From Candidatus Methanosuratincola mesotaenarum (GTDB taxonomy: Archaea; Thermoproteota; Methanomethylicia; Methanomethylicales; Methanomethylicaceae), in NCBI GenBank assembly GCA_038801705.1, contig JAULTC010000001.1, positions 369,214 to 433,213 of the forward strand: DNA of 64,000 bases, in the 5' to 3' direction. The position numbers and the translations under genes are program-made. A model generated the notes under the pieces. That model was not told where the DNA came from, searched no databases, and saw only the letters and a list, made by a program, of their open reading frames with translations. Of the stretch, positions 58,249 to 64,000 are shown one piece after another; the first letter of the stretch is position 1, and every line of letters starts with the position of its first letter.

Positions 58249-59694
58249 TTATGGCGTTTTGATAAAGCCGCTTTCGAACCGCTGTCTGTGGATCGAGTTC
58301 ATTGTGCAGAAAGGTATAATCCTGCCGTCGGGAAGCGCATAGTGTATAGTGCACCTCCTTACCCTTTCCAAGTCGAAGTTGTATGGGTCCATAAAATGCA
58401 TGCAGCCAATAAGCACAACTTTGCGCATGAATTTCCCGAGAGAATCATAGTCACCATGGAGCAGCACCGACGAAAGGATGTCCCCCAAGAGGGTCTTGTT
58501 AACATGCCTGACCGCGCCTAGGAGATGTACCCTAGCCTTCAGCTTGGATCCGTCGATCGCGTCTGCATACACATTCTCCAAGGATCCCATGAACTTGTCG
58601 ATGTCCGCATAATCTGTGATTGGGACAAGCCTCTCGCCTTGGGGCAGTGCAATCGTCGCCATTCCGCAGTGCTGGTGGTTTGTAAAGGTCTGGTAGCGTT
58701 TCCCCTTGAGTGCGCCTACTGCATTTGAGACAGGGACGACCACTGGTATCGGGTAGAAGTCTGATGTCTTTATTTCACCATTAGTCTGCGCCTCGACGAG
58801 CTTCAGGAAGTCCGGAATCGTTATCCGCATCTCCCTTAGCCGGTTCTTGTCGATCCTACCTGCCATAGAAACGGGCTGGAAGTTCACGCCCCGGACCACG
58901 TCGTGGTTCTTGGCAGCGAACCTGAGTATCTCTCCGACTTGGTCATCGTTAACCCCCCTGACGAGCGTCGGGACTAGGACGAGGCTGTGCAAGCCGACTG
59001 ATCTGCTGTTCTCGATCACCTTTAGCTTGGTTTGGAAGAGGTCAACCCCCCTCGCGGCGATGTATGGGCCAGGCGTCATGCCGTCGAACTGCAGGTAGAG
59101 AGTGCTCAGACCAGCCTCGATGAGGTGCTTCAGAAAAGATGCATCGTTGGATATCCGGATGCCATTTGTGTTGACCTCAACATGGTCGAATCCGGCTTCT
59201 TTGGCCATCCGAATTATGTCGGGCAGGTCGTCCCTCAGGGTCGGCTCGCCGCCCGAGAGCTGTATTGCGTTAGGAGCCACTGGGCGGTTACTTCTTAAGT
59301 TTTTAAGCATCTCCGCGATCTGGTCCCTGGTCGGCTCATAGGTGTACCCTGCGGCCGCAGCATTCGCGAAGCAAATGGGGCACCTCAGGTTACACCTGTT
59401 GGTCACATCAATTATCGCCAGCACTGTGTGCGATCCATGGGACGGGCATATCCCGCAATCATACGGGCAACCAGCTTCAGACTTCGTCTGGGGGTTTTCT
59501 AGCCCATCGCCGAGTCGCTCATAGCGTTCCGCTCTCTTGTAAAGATCGTAATCGCTCCAGTAAACGTCCTCAAAGCGGCCGTGATCTGAGCAGGTCTTTC
59601 CGATATAAACTACGCCCTTGTCCTCGTAAATCTCTGCTTCAATGACCTTCATGCACTCTGGGCATAAGCTCTTCGTCTTCTTGAGTACCTGCAT
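58249..59694 (-). CDS. Radical SAM protein with N-terminal zinc ribbon (MJ0619/Tes-like?)
   Basis: CPEC…C..HG zinc ribbon, then the CNLRCPICF radical-SAM CxxxCxxC motif and a large C-terminal domain. 481 aa. Architecture resembles the tetraether-lipid-synthase (Tes) family, but that assignment is tentative. Confidence 0.6.
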   Translation of the reverse strand: MQVLKKTKSLCPECMKVIEAEIYEDKGVVYIGKTCSDHGRFEDVYWSDYDLYKRAERYERLGDGLENPQTKSEAGCPYDCGICPSHGSHTVLAIIDVTNRCNLRCPICFANAAAAGYTYEPTRDQIAEMLKNLRSNRPVAPNAIQLSGGEPTLRDDLPDIIRMAKEAGFDHVEVNTNGIRISNDASFLKHLIEAGLSTLYLQFDGMTPGPYIAARGVDLFQTKLKVIENSRSVGLHSLVLVPTLVRGVNDDQVGEILRFAAKNHDVVRGVNFQPVSMAGRIDKNRLREMRITIPDFLKLVEAQTNGEIKTSDFYPIPVVVPVSNAVGALKGKRYQTFTNHQHCGMATIALPQGERLVPITDYADIDKFMGSLENVYADAIDGSKLKARVHLLGAVRHVNKTLLGDILSSVLLHGDYDSLGKFMRKVVLIGCMHFMDPYNFDLERVRRCTIHYALPDGRIIPFCTMNSIHRQRFESGFIKTP

Positions 59695-59756
59695 ATGCGA
59701 CCATCCACGATACCAACGTCCGCTTTATATTTGAAATTTTTTATACTATTTATACG

Positions 59757-60527
59757 GTGAATCGTATGAGTGATGATGGAAGACTGATAGGCAAGCTGTC
59801 CCAGATAGGGCTCACCGAGGGGGAGGCCAGAGCTTACTTGTCGCTCCTCAAGAGCGGGGGGGAGATGGATGCCAAGGCGGTGAGTGAGTCGTCGAGCATA
59901 CCCTACTCGAAGGTCTACACGGTCCTGGAAAAGCTTGCCTCAAAGTCGCTGATAGTCGTGAGGAGGGGGAGACCGACAGTCTACAGTGTGAAAATGCCCT
60001 CAGAGGGACTCTCTGAGTACAAGCGGATCATGGTGAGGGATCTCGACAGTAAGTTCGGGGATCTAGAGGATGCCTTGCGGGACATTCGGACGAGAGCCGA
60101 AGCCGAAAGGCAGGACATATGGATAATCAAAAGCACCGAGGACATTGCCAAGAAGGCTTACTCGACCATATGGAACGCGAGAGATGAAGCGGACGTGGCG
60201 CTCCCTTCCATACCAACATGGACAGCCGAAGAGTTATACCCGATATTTCTACGGCTTAAGGCGGGGAAGATCAGGGCGAGGTTGTTGTTCTCCTCAGATG
60301 CACCAAAGGAGAAGGTTGAGGCGATCTCGAGGGTGACCAATGTCAGGATGAGAGACAAGATGTTTGGCGGAGGGATAATAGCTGACGGAAACGAGGCAAT
60401 ACTCTTCATAGCAAGCGAGGGTTCCAACCCCAGCGTGGCGATATGGTCAAACCATGTGGGGCTTGTGCAGATCGCAAAGACTTACTTCGAGAACCTGTGG
60501 GCTTCTTCGACCCCAATTTCTGGATGA
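59757..60527 (+). CDS. TrmB-family transcriptional regulator
   Basis: N-terminal wHTH …IGLTEGEARAYLSLLKSGGEMDAKAVSESSSIPYSKVYTVLEKLASKSLIV… and a C-terminal sensor domain. Confidence 0.8.
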   Translation: MNRMSDDGRLIGKLSQIGLTEGEARAYLSLLKSGGEMDAKAVSESSSIPYSKVYTVLEKLASKSLIVVRRGRPTVYSVKMPSEGLSEYKRIMVRDLDSKFGDLEDALRDIRTRAEAERQDIWIIKSTEDIAKKAYSTIWNARDEADVALPSIPTWTAEELYPIFLRLKAGKIRARLLFSSDAPKEKVEAISRVTNVRMRDKMFGGGIIADGNEAILFIASEGSNPSVAIWSNHVGLVQIAKTYFENLWASSTPISG

Positions 60528-60905
60528 GCACCGCCGCCATGCCCACTCGAGGCTAAGCTAAGGGTAGAAGATAGCATATGCTTATCTGGGCTCTGTTCTG
60601 ATGTCATACTTCATCCTGCACATCCGTAATACCAGCATTCATCATAGCCCAATATCATATTCTACCAGGTTTTTATAAATATGACTGATTATTAAGTTCG
60701 GATTGGCTCGCCCCAAAAGAGGTGCTCGCCGAAGAACGTAGGACATTCATCTGTTGTGCGGAAGGTGCAAGCGCAAGCAAGGCTCGTTTGACGTGCAGAA
60801 TAATGCTTATTAATAGCCTGAAAATATTCAGCACTGTAACCTTTATGGTCACAAAATAATTGCGATCGCAGAGGCATGTTGGAGCGCCGAGAGCGGGTTG
60901 AGAAC

Positions 60906-61976
60906 ATGACGATCAAGGTGGCAATAATTGGAGTCGGCAACTGCGCCAGTGCACTGATCCAGGGCACTTATTACTACAGGGATGCGAAAGATGACGAATT
61001 CGTACCTGGACTGATCCATGTGAACATGGGCGGATACCACGTTAAGGATTTAGAGTTCGTTGCAGCTTTTGATGTGGACTCCAGGAAGGTCGGGAAGGAC
61101 CTATCACAGGCGATATTCTCCAAGCCGAACAACACAAGGAAGTTCGCGGAAGTGCCCGATTTGGGCGTCGAGGTTAAGAGGGGGCCTGTCATGGACGGCC
61201 TGGGTAAGTACCTCAAAGGGTATGTTGAGGTGAACGAAGACGAGAGGGCGGTTGACGTGGCTGCCGAGCTCAAGGACTCGGGGGCAGAGATTGTAGTGAA
61301 CTACCTCCCCGTTGGGTCTGAGCAGGCTGTAAGGTGGTATGCGGATAATGCGCTGAAGGCGGGCTGTGCATTCGTCAACTGCATGCCCGTGTTCATTGCG
61401 TCTGATGACGCATGGGCAAAGAGGTTTGAAGAAAAGGGGCTGCCTGTTGCTGGGGATGACGTGATGAGCCAAATCGGGGCAACCGTCCTCCACAAGACGC
61501 TGGCAAAGCTGCTTGTGGACCGCGGAGTTAAGGTGACAGAAAGCTACCAGCTCAACATAGGCGGAGACGCGGACTTTCTGAACATGCTTGAGGAGGAGAG
61601 GCTTATCTCGAAGAGGATAAGCAAGACCTCGGCTGTGGCAGCAATGATACCGTACAGTATACCCCTTAGGATCGGTCCCTCGGACTATGTCCCGTTCCTG
61701 GACAACAAGAAGATCTGCTATGTGTACATGAAAGGCGAATACTTCGGCGGAACCCCTGTTCAGATAGATGTCAAGCTCGATGTGTGGGACGCACCCAACA
61801 GCGGTGGAGTTGTGATAGACGTGATCAGGGCTGCCCGGATTGCGCTCGACAGGGGCGTCGCTGGAAGGCTCATAGGACCCTCTGCGTTTGCGTTCAAGCA
61901 TCCCCCAATTCAGATGCCGTACGAGGTAGCCAAGCAGAGATTTGAAGATTTCATAGAGGGCAAGGCAGAGAGGTAG
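60906..61976 (+). CDS. ino1: myo-Inositol-1-phosphate synthase (archaeal type)
   Basis: MTIKVAIIGVGNCASALIQG… Rossmann N-terminus, …NYLPVGSE…, …DDVMSQIGAT…. About 355 aa. Confidence 0.8.
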   Translation: MTIKVAIIGVGNCASALIQGTYYYRDAKDDEFVPGLIHVNMGGYHVKDLEFVAAFDVDSRKVGKDLSQAIFSKPNNTRKFAEVPDLGVEVKRGPVMDGLGKYLKGYVEVNEDERAVDVAAELKDSGAEIVVNYLPVGSEQAVRWYADNALKAGCAFVNCMPVFIASDDAWAKRFEEKGLPVAGDDVMSQIGATVLHKTLAKLLVDRGVKVTESYQLNIGGDADFLNMLEEERLISKRISKTSAVAAMIPYSIPLRIGPSDYVPFLDNKKICYVYMKGEYFGGTPVQIDVKLDVWDAPNSGGVVIDVIRAARIALDRGVAGRLIGPSAFAFKHPPIQMPYEVAKQRFEDFIEGKAER

Positions 61977-62115
61977 GTAGGTATGCAGTCAGTCAGGCAG
62001 GCACCCTGAATCCGCTTATACTCGTCTGGAAAGAACCTAGGCGGCACGGGTAAGATTTGCCAGCCATGCTGTCCTGCAGCTCCTAGAAGAGCCTCCGCGA
62101 TAGGCATTGCCCTTC

Positions 62116-62883
62116 TCAGAACCACATCAGCGATCTTGCGTTGGAGTAGGTCACTAGTTGTATATCCCTGCCGCTTATCCCGGACCTATCGAGGTACTTC
62201 GCGGTTCTCAGGACTGCCAGAGGATCAGAAGGCTCGTACCCAAGATTACTGTTGACGATTACTCCTTCTGGTCCGTAACTCTCTAGGACTTCCTTTACGT
62301 CGCTGGGGGTAAGCATCCCCTGCTGAACTGTGAGCCCGACATTGAACCCTAGCTCTCTCACCTTCGGAACTAGCATTGGTGTAAGGTGGTCGACAACAAT
62401 TCGTGAAGGATCTGTGTACTCCTCCTTTAGAATCCCCAGAAGCTTATCGACTACCATCTCCTTATTCTTCTGGGGGGTGTAGACTATGACCGGGCGATCG
62501 TACTCGTTGGCTATTCGAAGCTGCTTTATTAGAACATCAACCTCGCCTTCGCCCCCCGTCTCGAGACCGACCTCGCCGAGAGCGTTGGCCAAGGCATTGT
62601 CAAATATGGCCAAGATCCGCTCTATAGCGAGGTCAAGCTCGTATTTCGGGATGGACCTAGGGTGTATGCCCACGGTCAGCCTGAAGTCTATGCCGTACGA
62701 GGCTAGCCTCGCGCACTCCTCATCCGACAGGAACTTGAAGAAGTCGTAAACTGTCGATGCCCCAGTCGGCTGCACGGGGAAGTAAGAACAGAGGACCACG
62801 CCCTCAACCCCTGAGACTGACATCAGCTCCAGATCATCGGAACTCCTGAAATATGTGTGGGTGTGGGAATCGATGCACTTCAT
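62116..62883 (-). CDS. TatD-family metal-dependent hydrolase
   Basis: MKCIDSHTHT (the HxH motif), …VDHL…, …TDT… and a TIM-barrel length of 255 aa. Confidence 0.7.
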   Translation of the reverse strand: MKCIDSHTHTYFRSSDDLELMSVSGVEGVVLCSYFPVQPTGASTVYDFFKFLSDEECARLASYGIDFRLTVGIHPRSIPKYELDLAIERILAIFDNALANALGEVGLETGGEGEVDVLIKQLRIANEYDRPVIVYTPQKNKEMVVDKLLGILKEEYTDPSRIVVDHLTPMLVPKVRELGFNVGLTVQQGMLTPSDVKEVLESYGPEGVIVNSNLGYEPSDPLAVLRTAKYLDRSGISGRDIQLVTYSNARSLMWF

Positions 62884-62933
62884 ATCAAGACACCTAGGTA
62901 CAGAGTATTCAACTGACTAAAGAGCATTCTGGA

Positions 62934-64000
62934 TCAAAGGTAAGCATCGGTCACGTATCTGTGCATCATCCTGTGGCTGTTGAAGTAAGAAGCCAAAATG
63001 CTGATAGTGTTCTGCATCATCATCGCCCAAGAGTCCACTCGGTCATAATAGGTAGGGGAGATTACGTAGTTTAGCTTGTTGTACAGGTCCTCTATTTCCT
63101 GCGGCTTCCTCTCCTCGGGGGTGATGTTCTCGTGCGGGTGCGGCCCTATCGACCACCCCGTGATGCCTTCTATCCACCCTTCAACCCACCATCCGTCCAG
63201 GACGCTGAAGTTCAGGACCCCATTGTGGGCGGCCTTCATACCGCTCGTCCCCGAGGCCTCCATCGGTGGCAGAGGCGTGTTCAGCCAGACATCCACTCCT
63301 GATACCACTAGCTTAGATAGTGCCAGGTCGTAGTTCTCGAGGTATACCATCTTTATGTCGTCCTTCAAGCCATTTATGAGCTGGAATATCCGCCTGATAA
63401 TCATCTTCCCAGTCTCGTCCTTTGGGTGGGACTTGCCTGCGAAGATGATCTGAAGACCCCAGCGGCGTGCGATCTTGCGGAGGCGTTCCACATCAGAGAA
63501 GATAAAGTCCAGCCGCTTATACCCAGTTGCCCGCCTTGCTAATCCAACCGTGAGCACTCGCGGGTCCATCACCACACCGGTCATTGTCTTCACGCATGTA
63601 AGAAGATCCTCCTTCGCCTCCCTGTGTGCCTCGAGTATCTGCTCGTCAGGGATTATCCCTACCCTTGTCAGGAGGCTCGGCTCATCAGCCCAGCCAGGGA
63701 GGTACTTGTCGTATAGCCTCCGGAAGTGGGCGCAGGTCCAAGTGTAGGAGTGGACGCCGTTTGTTATGGCATGGACCTTGTATCCCGGGAAGAGGCTCTT
63801 TGAGTACTCCCCGTACCTCTTGGAGACGCCGTTGATATAGTCGCTTAGGTTCAAGGCCAAGAGCGTCATATTCAGCCTGTCCACTCCTCCATACTGCCTT
63901 ACGGTTTCACTCGGAACCAGGTCGCCTAGAATCCTATTGACCATTGGGTAGTCGAACTTGTCAAAAGCTGCCTCCACAGGGGTGTGGGTGGTGAAGATAC
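62934..64000 (-). CDS. Alpha-glucan (glycogen/maltodextrin) phosphorylase, C-terminal part; gene continues beyond the window end
   Basis: EASGTSGMKAAHNGV PLP-lysine signature of GT35 phosphorylases. No start codon within the window. Confidence 0.85.
   Translation of the reverse strand, partial: IFTTHTPVEAAFDKFDYPMVNRILGDLVPSETVRQYGGVDRLNMTLLALNLSDYINGVSKRYGEYSKSLFPGYKVHAITNGVHSYTWTCAHFRRLYDKYLPGWADEPSLLTRVGIIPDEQILEAHREAKEDLLTCVKTMTGVVMDPRVLTVGLARRATGYKRLDFIFSDVERLRKIARRWGLQIIFAGKSHPKDETGKMIIRRIFQLINGLKDDIKMVYLENYDLALSKLVVSGVDVWLNTPLPPMEASGTSGMKAAHNGVLNFSVLDGWWVEGWIEGITGWSIGPHPHENITPEERKPQEIEDLYNKLNYVISPTYYDRVDSWAMMMQNTISILASYFNSHRMMHRYVTDAYL

Overview
This window is a chromosomal segment of an archaeon with roughly 55% GC. 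The evidence for that is TFB, aSUI1, thermosome and RpoK genes, ribosomal protein S25e, topoisomerase VI A and B, type III RuBisCO, SepCysS, PurP, archaeal MIPS and LarB/LarC.

Core genes:
- An AMP-salvage operon on the minus strand: Fe-ADH, PRPP synthase, ribose-1,5-bisphosphate isomerase, RuBisCO and AMP phosphorylase, followed by topo VI B and A.
- A purine cluster: two purP paralogs plus a PNP-family phosphorylase, with an adenosine-specific kinase nearby.
- A DtxR-FeoA-FeoB iron operon.
- Two sodium:solute symporters, each with a different small partner subunit.
- tRNA-Gln(CUG) and tRNA-Cys(GCA). The tRNA-Cys sits beside SepCysS.

Accessory and decaying regions:
- The window start (1-1640) holds an HTH fragment, a frameshifted ParA/MinD remnant and a CPBP protease split across three frames.
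- A tRNA-Gln-adjacent element (about 15.1-19.0 kb) carries unknown genes and frameshifted terminase small and large subunits, so it looks like a provirus remnant.
- A toxin-antitoxin island (19.0-21.6 kb) has an intact AbrB/PIN pair, an HTH-MNT gene with a degraded HEPN partner, and a second degraded AbrB/PIN pair.

The most unusual single gene is a Cas2-like N-terminal domain fused to an unrecognised C-terminal region of about 270 aa, with no CRISPR array or cas1 in the window. Stutter-like degenerate tetranucleotide tracts recur in several intergenic regions. A GC-rich ORF-free block at 28.7-29.3 kb may be a structured ncRNA. No CRISPR array was found.
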